A stretch of 63,880 nucleotides of DNA. It comes from Stegostoma tigrinum (lineage: Eukaryota). The notes under the pieces are model-generated. The model was not told the DNA's origin, ran no database searches, and saw nothing but the letters and a program-made list of their open reading frames with translations. This document shows positions 1 through 12,246 of the stretch, in pieces; position 1 is the stretch's first letter; each line of letters starts with the position of its first letter. The stretch spans positions 42,195,973 through 42,259,852 of the forward strand of contig NC_081367.1 in assembly GCF_030684315.1 (NCBI RefSeq), read 5' to 3'. The translations under genes and the position numbers were made by a program.

Positions 1-3000
1 GTGGGGGGGGGGAGTGTGTGGGGGGGGGAGTGTGTGGGGGGGGGGAGTGTGTGGGGGGGGGAGTGTGTGGGGGGGGGGAGTGTGTGGGGGGGGGAGTGTG
101 TGGGGGGGGGGAGTGTGTGGGGGGGGGGGAGTGTGTGGGGGGGGGGAGTGTGGGGGGGGGGCAGTGTGTGGGGGGGGGGGAGTGTGTGGGGGGGGGGGAG
201 TGTGTGGGGGGGGGGGAGTGTGTGGGGGGGGGGGAGTGTGTGGGGGGGGGGGAGTGTGTGGGGGGGGGGGAGTGTGTGGGGGGGGGGAGTGTGTGGGGGG
301 GGGGGAGTGTGTGGGGGGGGGGGGGGAGTGAGGAGTGTGTGTGGGGGGGAGGAGTGTGTGTGGGGGGGGAGGAGTGTGTGTGGGGGGGGGGGGGAGTGTG
401 TGTGGGGGGGGAGGAGTGTGTGTGGGGGGGGAAGTGTGTGTGGGGGGGGGAGTGTGTGTGGGGGGGGGAGTGTGTGTGGGGGGGGGAGTGTGTGTGGGGG
501 GGGGGGGAGTGTGTGGGGGGGGGGGGAGTGTGTGGGGGGGGGGAGTGTGTGGGGGGGGGGAGTGTGTGGGGGGGGGGAGTGTGTGGGGGGGGGGGAGTGT
601 GTGGGGGGGGGGGAGTGTGTGGGGGGGGGGGGAGTGTGTGGGGGGGGGGGAGTGTGTGGGGGGGGGGAGTGTGTGGGGGGGGGGGAGAGTGTGGGGGGGG
701 GGAGAGTGTGGGGGGGGGGAGAGTGTGTGGGGGGGGAGTGTGTGGGGGGGGGAGTGTGTGGGGGGGGGGAGTGTGTGGGGGGGGGGAGTGTGTGGGGGGG
801 GGGGAGTGTGTGGGGGGGGGGGAGTGTGTGGGGGGGGGGGAGTGTGTGGGGGGGGGAGTGTGTGGGGGGGGAGCGTGTGGGGGGGGAGCGTGTGTGTGGG
901 GGAGCGTGTGTGTGGGGGGTGGGGGGGGGAGTGTGTGGGGGGTGGGGGGGAGTGTGTGGGGGGTGGGGGGGAGTGGGGGGGGTGGGGGGGGGAGTGTGGG
1001 GGGGTTGGGGGGGGGCGTGTGTGGGGGGTGGGGAGTGTGTGGGGGGTGGGGGGGAGTGTGTGGGGGGTGGGGGGGAGTGGGGGGGGTGGGGGGGGGAGTG
1101 TGGGGGGGTTGGGGGTGGGGAGTGTGTGGGGGGTGGGAGTGTGTGGGGGGTGGGGAGTGTGTGGGGGGTGGGGAGTGTGGGGGGGGTGGGGAGTGTGGGG
1201 GGGGTGGGGAGTGTGGGGGGGGTGGGGAGTGTGTGGGGGGGGAGTGTGTGGGGGGGGAGTGTGTGGGGGGGGGAGTGTGTGGGGGGGGGAGTGTGTGGGG
1301 GGGGGGAGTGTGTGGGGGGGGGGAGTGTGTGGGGGGGGGGAGTGTGTGGGGGGGGGGAGTGTGTGGGGGGGGGGAGTGTGTGGGGGGGGGGAGTGTGTGG
1401 GGGGGGGGGAGTGTGTGGGGGGGGGGAGTGTGTGGGGGGGGGAGTGTGTGGGGGGGGGAGTGTGTGGGGGGGGTGTGTGGGGGGGGAGTGTGTGGGGGGG
1501 GGGAGTGTGTGGGGGGGAGGGTGGGGGGAGTGTGTGGGGGGGGGAGTGTGTGGGGGGGGAGTGTGTGGGGGGGGAGTGTGTGGGGGGGGGAGTGTGTGGG
1601 GGGGGGAGTGTGTGGGGGGGGGAGTGTGGGGGGGGGGGAGTGTGTGGGGGGGGGAGTGTGGGGGGGGGGAGTGTGTGGGGGGGGGGGAGTGTGTGGGGGG
1701 GGGGGGGGGGAGTGTGTGGGGGGGGGGGAGTGTGTGGGGGGGGGAGTGTGTGGGGGGGGGGAGTGTGTGGGGGGGGGGGAGTGTGTGGGGGGGGGGAGTG
1801 TGTGGGGGGGGGGAGTGTGTGGGGGGGGGAGTGTGTGGGGGGGGGGAGTGTGTGGGGGGGAGTGTGTGGGGGGGGGAGTGTGTGGGGGGGGGGAGTGTGT
1901 GGGGGGGGGAGTGTGTGGGGGGGGGGAGTGTGTGGGGGGGGGAGTGTGTGGGGGGGGGAGTGTGTGGGGGGGGGGAGTGTGTGGGGGGGGGGGAGTGTGT
2001 GGGGGGGGGGAGGAGTGTGTGGGGGGGGGAGAGTGTGTGGGGGGGGGGGAGTGTGTGGGGGGGGGAGTGTGTGGGGGGGGGAGTGTGTGTGGGGGGGGGG
2101 GTGTGGGGAGGAGTGTGTGGGGGGGGGAGGAGTGTGTGGGGGGGGGAGGAGTGTGTGGGGGGGGGAGTGTGTGTGGGGGGGGGAGGAGTGTGTGGGGGGG
2201 GGGAGTGTGTGTGGGGGGGGGGAGTGTGTGGGGGGGGGGGAGTGTGTGGGGGGGGGGGAGTGTGTGGGGGGGGGGGAGTGTGTGGGGGGGGGGGGAGTGT
2301 GTGGGGGGGGGGGGAGTGTGTGGGGGGGGGGGGAGTGTGTGGGGGGGGGGAGTGTGTGGGGGGGGGGAGTGTGTGGGGGGGGGAGTGTGTGGGGGGGGGA
2401 GTGTGTGGGGGGGGGGGAGAGTGTGGGGGGGGGAGAGTGTGTGGGGGGGGAGTGTGTGGGGGGGGAGTGTGTGGGGGGGGAGTGTGTGGGGGGGGGGAGT
2501 GTGTGGGGGGGGGGAGTGTGTGGGGGGGGGGAGTGTGTGGGGGGGGGAGTGTGTGGGGGGGGAGTGTGTGGGGGGGGGTGTGTGTGGGGGTGGGGGGGGA
2601 GTGTGTGGGGGGTGGGGGGGGAGTGTGTGGGGGGTGGGGGGAGTGGGGGGGTGGGGGGGGAGTGTGGGGGGGTTGGGGGGGGGCGTGTGTGGGGGGTGGG
2701 GAGTGTGTGGGGGGTGGGGGGAGTGTGTGGGGGGTGGGGGGAGTGGGGGGGTGGGGGGGGGAGTGTGGGGGGGTTGGGGGTGGGGAGTGTGTGGGGGTGG
2801 GGAGTGTGTGGGGGGTGGGGAGTGTGTGGGGGGTGGGGAGTGTGGGGGGGTGGGGAGTGTGTGGGGGGGGAGTGTGTGGGGGGGGAGTGTGTGGGGGGGG
2901 GAGTGTGTGGGGGGGGAGTGTGTGGGGGGGGGAGTGTGTGGGGGGGGGGGAGTGTGTGGGGGGGGGGAGTGTGTGGGGGGGGAGTGTGTGGGGGGGGGGA

Positions 3001-4222
3001 GTGTGTGGGGGGGGGGGAGTGTGTGGGGGGGGGGAGTGTGTGGGGGGGGGAGTGTGTGGGGGGGGGGAGTGTGTGGGGGGGGGGAGTGTGTGGGGGGGGG
3101 GGAGTGTGTGGGGGGGGGAGTGTGTGGGGGGGGGGTGTGTGTGGGGGGGGGAGTGTGTGGGGGGGGAGTGTGTGGGGGGGGGGAGTGTGTGGGGGGGGGA
3201 GTGTGTGGGGGGGGGGGAGTGTGTGGGGAGGGGGAGTGTGTGGGGGGGGGGGAGTGTGTGGGGGGGGGGAGTGTGTGGGGGGGGGAGTGTGTGGGGGGGG
3301 GAGTGTGTGGGGGGGGGGAGTGTGTGGGGGGGGGGAGTGTGTGGGGGGGGGGAGTGTGTGGGGGGGGGGAGTGTGTGGGGGGGGGAGTGTGTGGGGGGGG
3401 GGAGTGTGTGGGGGGGGGAGTGTGTGGGGGGGGGGAGTGTGTGGGGGGGGGGGAGTGTGTGTGGGGGGGGAGTGTGTGTGGGGGGGGAGTGTGTGGGGGG
3501 GGGAGTGTGTGGGGGGGGGAGGAGTGTGTGGGGGGGGGGGGAGTGTGTGGGGGGGGGGAGGAGTGTGTGGGGGGGGGAGGAGTGTGTGGGGGGGGGAGTG
3601 TGTGTGGGGGGGGAGTGTGTGTGGGGGGGGAGTGTGTGTGGGGGGGGAGTGTGTGGGGGGGGGAGTGTGTGGGGGGGGGAGTGTGTGGGGGGGGGAGGAG
3701 TGTGTGGGGGGGGGGAGGAGTGTGTGGGGGGGGGAGGAGTGTGTGGGGGGGGGGAGTGTGTGTGGGGGGGGGAGGAGTGTGTGGGGGGGGGAGTGTGTGT
3801 GGGGGGGTGGGGGAGTGTGTGGGGGGTGGGGAGTGTGTGGGGGGTGGGGAGTGTGTGGGGGGTGGGGAGTGTGTGGGGGGGTGGGGGGGGGAGAAGTGTG
3901 TGGGGGGAGGGAAGTGTGTGGGGGGAGGGAAGTGTGTGGGGGGAGGGAAGTGTGTGGGGGGTGGGAAGTGTGTGGGGGGTGGGAGTGTGTGTGGGGTGGG
4001 AAGTGTGTGTGGGGTGGGAAGTGTGTGTGGGGTGGGAAGTGTGTGTGGGGTGGGGGGGGGAGAAGTGTGTGGGGGAGGGAAGTGTGTGGGGGGTGGGAAG
4101 TGTGTGGGGGGTGGGAAGTGTGTGGGGGGTGGGGGTGGGAAGAAGTGTGTGGGGGGTGGGAAGTGTGTGTGGGGTGGGGGGGGGAGAAGTGTGTGGGGGG
4201 TGGGAAGAAGTGTGTGGGGGTG
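1..4222 (+). repeat. G-rich tandem simple repeat (G7-12 AGTGTGT)n in LSG1 intron 1
   Basis: Read directly: ~15-19 nt units of a G-run plus AGTGTGT, with variant blocks (GAGGAGTGT, GGGTGGGG, GGGAAGTGT near the end) and almost no C. Confidence 0.97.
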
Positions 4223-4229
4223 CTTGAAT

Positions 4230-4500
4230 GGAGGTGCAGTCGGAGGTCCCGAGGAGAGGCCTGACCAGACTCACCCAGGTGTCAGTTTTCCGCAGTCTCC
4301 CCGCGGCCTGATTCTTGTCTTTGATGATAGCTCGGCCCAGGCCCCCACCGCCGCCCATTCTCTTCTTACCCATGGCCCCACCTCGAGGCGACTCCCACAC
4401 GTGACCAAACGGCCAGACTGTGCGTCAGGAATCCGATCCCCAGGATCCAGCGGCCCCGACTCGAAGGTTCCGGCGGAGTTCAAAGTGAAAGGCAAAGTCT
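4230..4500 (-). promoter_or_regulatory. CpG-rich LSG1 promoter/5' region with E-box (CACGTG 4398-4403; GTCACGTG on minus)
   Basis: Local CpG enrichment around the start codon; canonical E-box 25 nt upstream of the ATG. Confidence 0.6.
4275..4373 (-). CDS. LSG1: Large subunit GTPase 1 homolog, coding exon 1 (33 codons, phase-0 donor)
   Basis: Minus strand reads GCC-ATG-G (strong Kozak), then MGKKRMGGGGGLGRAIIKDKNQAAGRLRKTDTW, then donor GTGAGT (4274-4269). This aligns with the human LSG1 N-terminus as I recall it (MGRRRAPAGGSLGRAL...HTDSW, also 33 aa). LSG1 neighbours FAM43A in human. Confidence 0.9.
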
Positions 4501-5002
4501 ATCAGAGCAGAGGAATGAGTAATAGCACGCTTTTATTAAAATTTCACACCGTTTTATGTTTAAGTTACTTTATCCCAACCAATTTGTATTGTTTGTATAA
4601 ATGTGATGAGCGCTATTCTATACCTTTTAAAAATAGTTAATGCATTATTGCATCCACTTCACTAAATTCTGATGTTTTTGATGCTTGAGTGGATCCGAAT
4701 GTTTGGTGTATTATAGAATCATAGGAATGTAAAGTAGATGGGGATAGAAATATGAGTAGGCGATACAACCTCTGTAGACCACTTGTTCTGTGTCACAATG
4801 TACCAAATTTATCCGTCTTAGATTCATATTCTTTGATATGCCAGTTTAAGAAAAAAATCTGTTGATTTCAGTTTTGTAAATGTCAAATAAACCAGCATAC
4901 ACGTTTTAAAGAGAAGAGACTCACGGGGTTTTACTAAGTGTTGGCTGATTTCCCTTTGAATGCCCTTCTCTAAATGTATGGTTGTGTCAGTTTCTTTTGG
5001 CT

Positions 5003-5236
5003 TGTAGTGATTGGGACGAGGTCAACCAGGTGGACCTCAGAATATCAGTTCCATGATAGTGGCTGTGAAGCTAGTTCAGTCAGGGAACCCTGTCTGATAG
5101 ATATAATTAGGTGTGACAGAGGTTCTGTTCAATCTAGGAGCTGGCTCTGTGCTAAGTGGGTCACTGTAATGTGCTATGCACATGTAAATAAAGGGTGATT
5201 TGGTGATGGGCTGTCAGCCTTTGTGGAGTTATTTCA
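5003..5236 (+). mobile_element. Solo LTR (probably Gypsy-type)
   Basis: Starts TG(TAGTGA), ends (TTATTT)CA, with internal TATA-like (GATATAA) and AATAAA signals. No clear TSD. Confidence 0.55.
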
Positions 5237-5734
5237 GTTCTGATTTCCACCACAAAAATATATACCTGGCGTGTATCTATTTTATGAAATCCGTTTAGTG
5301 TTTATAACATTGCAAACCATCAATGGTGGAACTGCTGGGACAAATGTGAAGGGTCTAATGGTCCCGTGTGTAACTTTGTCACTTATTTTGGTTGTGTTGC
5401 CTTCATCACACATTCCTGTTCTGGACAAACTGCACGTAGTAACAAGTGTCTGAGAACAGACAGGTGCTAGCCACAGCATATATGTGTGTGGCTTCTGAAT
5501 TTGCAAGGATATCTGAGATCCCTGCCCAAAAGGATCATAGCCATCACAGTACAAGGAGACTCTCAAATCCTTGAGGTATTATTCCTCCCATTATGGCATA
5601 GCTTAATGTTAGCACGTCACTGAGCGGATCACCATACTCATGCAGAGTTTCAAATAAATTACGAAAGTTTGAAGCACAGAACTTACACTTTTTCAAGAAT
5701 ATTTGTACCTGGCATTGTTAATGAGGTTGTAGGA

Positions 5735-6185
5735 ATGCTCACCGAGCTGATGGGTTTAGTTGCAAATGTTTTGTCACCCTGCTAGGTAACATTGTCAGTG
5801 CGCCTCCAGCAAAGCGATGTGGTTCTGTTCCACTTGTTATTTATGTGCCTCAGTTTGTTGGGGTGTTTGGTACCATTCCTGGTTGTGTTTCTCAGTGGTT
5901 TGTATACAGGATCTAATTCAGTGTGTTTGTTGATAGAGTTCAGGTTAGAATACCAGGCCTGCAGGAATTCCCTGGCATATCTCTGTTTGGCTTGTGCGAT
6001 TATGGATGTGTTGTTCCAGTCGAAGTTGTGTCCCTCTTTGTCCGTGTGTAATGAGACAAGTGAGAATTGGTCATGTCTCTTGGTGCCTAATTGGTGTTTG
6101 TGTATCCTCATTGTCAGTTTTCTTTCAGTTTGGCCTATATAGTGTTTCTCACAGTCTTTTCATGGTATTTTATATAATATTACAA
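5735..6185 (-). mobile_element. Penelope-like element 3' fragment: GIY-YIG endonuclease remnant plus decayed hammerhead
   Basis: Minus strand encodes ..DCEKHYIGQTERKLTMRIHKHQ...FDWNNTSIIAQ...REFLQAWYS..SINKH.ELDPVY. It is followed by CTGACAA-GTTACC/GGTGAC stem-AAAAC (5764-5800). Confidence 0.85.
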
Positions 6186-6274
6186 CTTTCAATATACACT
6201 GTATATGTGTGGCCATGAGTGCTGTTTCTCACTCATCGCTGTGTTTGTGCACCCCCTGTCTTCCCTGCGTTGGT

Positions 6275-7215
6275 ACACCATCAACAAGGCACAATTGAGA
6301 AGTGTAATGGAATACAGTGCACTTGCCTGAATGCAGCAACTTCAGAACACTCAAGGAGGTTGACACCATCCAGGACACAGCTCGACTGATGCCTCATCTG
6401 CTACCTTCGACAGTCCCCACCAATTCAGTGTGTCAACAGTGTGCCCATCTACAAGATACACTATTTCATCACGACTGCTCTGACAGCACCTTCCAAGCCT
6501 ACAGTCTCTGCCACCCAGAAGAACATGCATGGGAAGGCTGCTAATTAGAAATTCCTCTCCAATCACACTTGTTACTATACCACCACTCCTTCATTACTTT
6601 TGGGTGAACAGTCTTGAAACTCCTTTCCAACAGCATTGTGCATGCCACTACAACTGAAAAACTTGCAGTGGTTGAAGAATGCAGCTCACCACCACCTTCA
6701 GCAGGGTAATTATTTGATTGATTAATTTGTTGGATTTACTGTTGTCACATCTACCGAGATACAGTGAAAAGGTGTTGTTTTGCATGCTATACAAGCAGAT
6801 GGTACCATATAAAGTGCATCAGGGCAGCAGAACACAGTGTACAGTATTACAGCCATAGAGAAGGTGCAGAGAGAGAGAGAGAGATCAGAATTAGCTTTTG
6901 AGAAGTCCATTCAAAAGTCTGATAACAGTGGGTAAGAAGCTGTTCACAAGTGTATTCAAACTTTCATATCTTCTACTCAACGGAAGAGGGGGCAGACAGT
7001 AAAACTGGGGTGTGAGGGTCTTTGATTATAGTGGTTCCTTTCCTAAGGAGGTTCCTTTGCTAAGTATAGATGGAGTTAATGGATGGAGGACTGGTTTGCA
7101 TTTTGGAGTGGGCTATGTTCACGACTCTCTGTAATTTCTTGCATTAATTAATGATGGGCAACAAATGCTGCCTGAGCCACCAACACCTACATCCCATAAA
7201 GGAATAAATAAAATT
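6275..7215 (+). mobile_element. 3' end of a CR1/L2-group LINE interrupted by an opposite-strand retroelement tail (~6715-7143)
   Basis: Same family as 26130-27470 (TLKEVDTIQD..; tail GATGGGCAACAAATGCTG...CATCCCATAAAGGAATAAA), split at 6712/7148. Confidence 0.6.
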
Positions 7216-7269
7216 TCTTTGCCGTTTTCTGCGTGGTAAGTTTATTTTGAGCCTTCCCACCTTGGATTT

Positions 7270-7560
7270 TATTCGAATTAGTCAGGAAGGCCACTTTGTC
7301 TCCAGCCCAGATCTTCTCAAACACTTAGACATACTACCCACTCCACACTTTCCGCGCTTGATTTCCTTCCTAAACATCATATATCCTTGAATATTTAGGT
7401 CCCAGTCTTTCTGTTTGCCTCTGTAATGGCTACCAAATCCTACATACCTAATTCTACGTTTGCTATCAGTTCTCCTACTTGTTATGAATGCTACTTGCAA
7501 TCACTACTTTTTAAGCTCTAGCCCCTATCTGCCAGTATACTCTTTTGTTTAGACGCTTTG
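7270..7560 (-). mobile_element. CR1 LINE endonuclease-region fragment
   Basis: Minus translation ..DWDLNIQGYMMFRK..RG resembles the CR1 APE domain. A further degraded plus-strand APE piece lies at ~7975-8530. Confidence 0.6.
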
Positions 7561-8559
7561 ACTCTTTCTCACAAGCTTTGAACATCTTTTTCCTTATTTT
7601 TACCTTGCTTTCCTACCTTGACTTCACTATTTAATTCATCAGAGCTTCCCAAACTTGATTGTTCACCACCAATATTTAGTTTGAAGTTCTGTCTATTGTC
7701 CTTGTTATACAATGTGCCACAGCACAGGTCCCATCATGGTTCAGGTGAAGAATGTGTCAATTTAAGGCCTAGGAAACCCCACAATCAGTAGTTACAGCAC
7801 ATCATTTGCCCTGCCATCCTTACCGTATCTTAATTAATTAATTATTACATTAATTTCATTCCTCTTCCCACTACAATCATCCAACAATCCTCACCACCTA
7901 AGATTCAAATAAAACATGGCATCATTAGTTTCTTACATACAAAAGTGTTTCAAATATGTTTTTTTCTAGATTTCAGCACTTTGCAGACACTCCCTACCTG
8001 CAAGAACAGAAGAAAGGAAAAATGAGGGTAGCACTGATTGTAAAGGATATTAATTTGACAGGATCCTGGCTCAGAATATAATGAAGTAGAAAACCAAAAT
8101 GAAAAATCATTGGACAGCTTAGTTTATAGCTCTCCCAACAGGAATTATATAATTGTATGGAGCATTAGAAAATAAATATTCGTAGCTTGTAACAAAGGCA
8201 ATATAATAATTATGGAGGAGATTCATTAATCAAATTGGCAAAGATGCTTGAAAATGTGTTTGTAGAAAGCTTTCAAGACTGTTTCTTGGGAGCAATATGC
8301 TGTGGAACCAACTTATGATCAAGCTATTTTACATCTTACATTGTGCACTGATGTAGGATTAATTGGTAATTTCACAGTAAAAGATTCAATGGGAAATTGT
8401 AATCATTATACTATTGGCATATAATACAATTATACAAATTTCAAAGTGACTTGCACTAAATACAAATAAAAATCTTAAACAAATCCAACTACATAAGTAT
8501 GGGAGAGAGCTGCTTAGGGTGGATTGGGACTGTATCAAGCAACTAATTTGCAGCCGTCA

Positions 8560-9075
8560 ACATGTCAGTCATGCTTGACCAGCCCATGCTCACAAGCCTT
8601 AGAGAAGTCAGTCTGCCATTACATGTATTCTGCAATTGGACATAATGTATTAAATAGTCTGGACTAAACTAAGAGTTACACTGGAATCCAATCTAATAAC
8701 ATTAGTCAGGCTCACAGTGTGATACATTTGTGTCTGCTAAACCTACATGTATGAACGCAGAGGAACATGTTTTATTTCGTAAGAAGATGTACATGCATTG
8801 CACAATCCTCATGAATAAAAAGGGGCCATGGACACTGCCGATTTCTACTGCATTCCTGTTACCACAGGCTGGCCAATCAGAATCTACTGCTTTGTCTGAG
8901 AATTAAAACTGACATTTTTGCTATATCCCCTCACAAAATATGACACAACCGATCAGCACCATTCTCTCATGCTGAATAAATTGGTGTCTCTTTTTTCCCA
9001 GTCAGTCTGTCAGTTTCTTGTGATTTAGTCCAGATGAGCACAAGATGAAAGTTTCAACTTCTATCTTCCTTTAGC
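8560..9075 (+). mobile_element. Old Penelope-like element 3' fragment (distinct lineage)
   Basis: From 8626 it translates YSAIGHNVLNSLD*TKSY..Q...ISQAHSVIHL.LL, like a PLE GIY-YIG C-terminus. A decayed hammerhead-like CCAGATGA..TGAAAG lies at ~9030-9055. Confidence 0.5.
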
Positions 9076-10359
9076 TATTTTAAGAAATTTCTTCACTCAA
9101 AGAATTGTGTATCTTTCGAATTCTCTATTCCAGTGAGCTGTAGATGCTCCATCATTGAATATATTGAAGGCTGAGATAGACAGAATTCCGGTCCTAAAGA
9201 ATCATGGTGAAAAAGTGGACTTGAGCCAATCATATTGAATGGTGAACAGGTTCAAGAGGTTGTGTCATCAGCTCCTGCCCCTTTTTTTAAATTTGCTTAT
9301 GATTGGCAGTTTTGTATTCTTCTTATCAAATCTTCTACTACCATTGTTTCTCTACAGTTAACCAGCATTAAAAACAAACCAATCCAGTAAAATTAGTCTT
9401 ACTTTTTCAAAGAAATGCAAGTTGTTTTGTTGAACTGTGTGATGTCCTAATTACTTAAGATTCTGTTACATGTGACTTCTGTAATTTGACAACTCAGAAA
9501 TATCTTGAATTAATGCCAATGTAATTTCACTGTGGACTGTTGTTGGAGACAAGAAACTAATAATATGATGTTTTTTAGCAAGTGCTGCAATTATTTGGAA
9601 AGTTTGCCATTTCTTGACAAAGATGAGAGCTGTCATCTAGCTTCTACAATCATCACCACCCTTGGGAAATTATTTCCTCTTGAGTATTGTAATAATAAAG
9701 TCATAAGTCCAACCTTCATAAAATTGTTTATTTATATGTAACTCACTGAGTGCTTTCTTCCCTATGCATTTTCTTTCTGGATTTTAGACGGTATGTTTAA
9801 ATTTATGAAAATACTTTTACCAAGAAATCCTTTCGAATTAAGATTACAGTATTCAGTCGTATAGGAGAAGGGACAGATTTCAGTGCTGTGTGGAAGCCAG
9901 ATGGGTACAATACCTGCTAATTACATTGACACTGAATAGATAATTACAGCTGAATAAAACTGTAATGACAGCACAACTGGTTGAAAACAGTAGCAGCTGA
10001 TTTAAGGCATACAAGAAACCACAGCAGAACAGGAAGAACTAAGCCAATGGACGACCACTTGGGAATATGCTAACCAACCAAGAGCTGAATGTGCACCCAA
10101 TTAACAAATTCATATCCAGAAGGGAATTGTCATTGAGCTATTTCGAAACCTGCATATTCTGTATATAACCATTGAAAATGACCACTCAACAGCTCACAGT
10201 GAAGACAGAAGATACGCATTGTTGACAATGATCCTGTGAATAAAGCAGTCAGATCTTGATCAAACATCACTCTGCCTGATTGATCATCTGAAGAATGATT
10301 GTGTGGTTTAATTGCAACTGTTTTTTTTAAAATTTCAGTAAAGGTGTTGGATTTAATAT

Positions 10360-10492
10360 GAGATAACAAAGTGCGAAGCTGGATGAACACAGCAGGCCAA
10401 GAGAGCACCTGAGGTGCTGCTTGGCCTGATGTGTTCATCCAACTTCACACTTTGTTATCTTGGATTCTCCAGCATCTGCAGTTCCCATTATT
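10360..10492 (+). mobile_element. Palindromic PLE terminal-repeat insertion, family A
   Basis: Inverted arms GATAACAAAGTG..GGATGAACACAGCAGGCCAAG / CTTGGCCTG..CACTTTGTTATC plus a ~30 nt tail. Flanking duplication TTGGATTTAATATGAG at 10347-10362 and 10493-10508. Confidence 0.85.
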
Positions 10493-10989
10493 TTGGATTT
10501 AATATGAGGTTGTGTGAATTGTAATTATTGGTCTCCCAAATTTAAATTAACAGTAAAAATCACTGACAGTACTGAAACATAAAGAAATCAAATTAATAGC
10601 TTGAATTATGGGAATAAACTAATTAATGTAGGAATATTATCTAATAGGTCCAACATCAATTTCAACTATTCCTGCCACTTTTACACTGAATTGTAATCAC
10701 AGAACAGCAAAAAATAGTTCATCTTAGAGGTAACTGTCGAGTACCCCTCAATTTGTGTTGCATTGTGTCACTCATCAATTCCTAATCAAAACAGGATGCA
10801 AAGAATGACTTGCATTTATATAGAACCTTTCACATCCTTTATTTATTACAAAGTGATTCACAACTATCCAGCCAAGAGCAACCAGGAATTAGGCCTAAGC
10901 TTGAAAAAGCTGCTATGTGCCGGACAAGAGTGTTCAGAGGAAAACATGTCCTTCGTCTCTCTTGATTGTAGATCCTGAGCCTCCAAGTA

Positions 10990-11660
10990 TTACATTTATA
11001 CAACACCTTTAACATAATGAACTGTCCTAAGGCACTTCACACACTCATTATAAAATAAAATATGATACTCAAGCACATAAGGGGACATTAGGTCAAATAA
11101 CCAAGAAGCTGATCAAAGATTCTCGTTAAGGAGAATCTCAAAAGAGGAAATTGAGGTGAGAGAGATGAGAAATATAGGGAGAAAATTTCAGACATTGGGG
11201 CCTAAATGATTTATGGCACAACCACTAATCATGGAAATTCAAACTGGAGGCACAAGAGGCCAGAATTAAGAGGACAGACATGTCAGAGAGTTGTGAGGCT
11301 GAAGAGAAAGAGAAAGAGGGAGAGAGAGATTTGACCCTAGAGAGATTTGAAAATCTGGATGAAAATTTTAAAATAAAGACATTGTTGGACTGGTGACCAA
11401 TGTAGATCAGCAAGAATAGGCAAAATAGGCGAATGTGACTTGGTGCAAGTCAAGCAAATTTTGGATGATCTCAAGTATACTGAATTTGGGAGACTCAGCA
11501 GCTGTGATTTGGAATAGTTAATCTAAAGGCAACAAAGACATGAACAGGGGTTTCAGCAGCATGTGAGCTGAGCCAGGATGAAGTCAGGCGGTGTTAATGT
11601 TTGCCAAAGTATGAGATCAAATGTGACACCTGTTCAATCTCAGATTGCTGCTGGGAGAGG
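10990..11660 (-). mobile_element. Degraded L2-like LINE 3' end
   Basis: Recurring motif (CATTTATA..ACCTTTAACATAA..AAGGCACTTCAC..GGAGAGAATT) also seen at ~47780-48360 and ~61380-61710. Confidence 0.45.
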
Positions 11661-12114
11661 GATGAAATTAATAATCACGAGAAGAACCTCAGCACATAGT
11701 TATAATTGGTGTTTGAGCAGCTCGGGTCCACACACAACCTGTTGGGGCCACATACAAAGCAGCCATCAGGATGAAGGTAACATTGGGTGCATATTTTCTC
11801 CCTTTGTATAGAGAACTTTATGTCCCAGTGGACTCAGTCTATGTTTGTTCTTAAGACGCTGCAAAAGTGTTGCAGGTGAGCACTATGGAGCAAGTGCAGA
11901 TTATGAGCCAGACTTGCACCACATAAAGCAACACCAAGACTGCCACACAGCTGATGAGCAGATTCTCAACTGCAATGGAGTGGGACCATCCTTGCCTCAT
12001 ACCCAGTTTCTATTTCACCATGGCTACCCATTCCTTTCAGTTCAGGGGCCTGATCTTCCCACACCAATGCCATCACACTTTCAGTCGAATAAACCTAACA
12101 GTGAGAAGACAAAG

Positions 12115-12246
12115 CTAACAAAGTGTGTAGCTGGATGAACACAGCAGGCCAAGCAGCATCTCCTGAGATGCTGCTTGGCCTGCTGTATTTATCCAGCTAC
12201 ACACTTTGTTATCTTGGATTCTCCAGCATCTGCAGTTCCCATTATC
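12115..12246 (+). mobile_element. Palindromic PLE terminal-repeat insertion, family A
   Basis: Near-perfect ~50 bp inverted arms plus tail. TSD CAGTGAGAAGACAAAG at 12099-12114 and 12246-12261. Confidence 0.88.

Noticed and set aside
1-4222. Telomeric array or CRISPR-like repeat
   Set aside because: No TTAGGG units and no unique spacers; vertebrate intronic context.
4271-4495. 74 aa minus ORF from the track
   Set aside because: It overlaps the real LSG1 exon in a different frame and resembles nothing I recognise.
1-4640. Three 1300-1540 aa Gly/Val/Cys/Trp-rich ORFs
   Set aside because: They are open only because the G/T/A repeat almost never forms a stop. All three frames give the same low-complexity peptide with no ATG start, antisense to an LSG1 intron.
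4603-4672. Box C (GTGATGA) and box D (CTGA) 70 nt apart, snoRNA-like
   Set aside because: No convincing terminal stem or rRNA guide seen, and it is not in a plus-strand intron. A snoscan/Rfam search would settle it.
8660-8675. In-frame stop near a Cys-like position of the PLE GIY-YIG remnant (selenocysteine-type recoding?)
   Set aside because: The codon is TAA, the copy is heavily degraded and no SECIS is seen; ordinary decay explains it.
12115-12215. Pre-miRNA hairpin
   Set aside because: The hairpin is a multi-copy TE inversion with a TSD, and no expression evidence is available.
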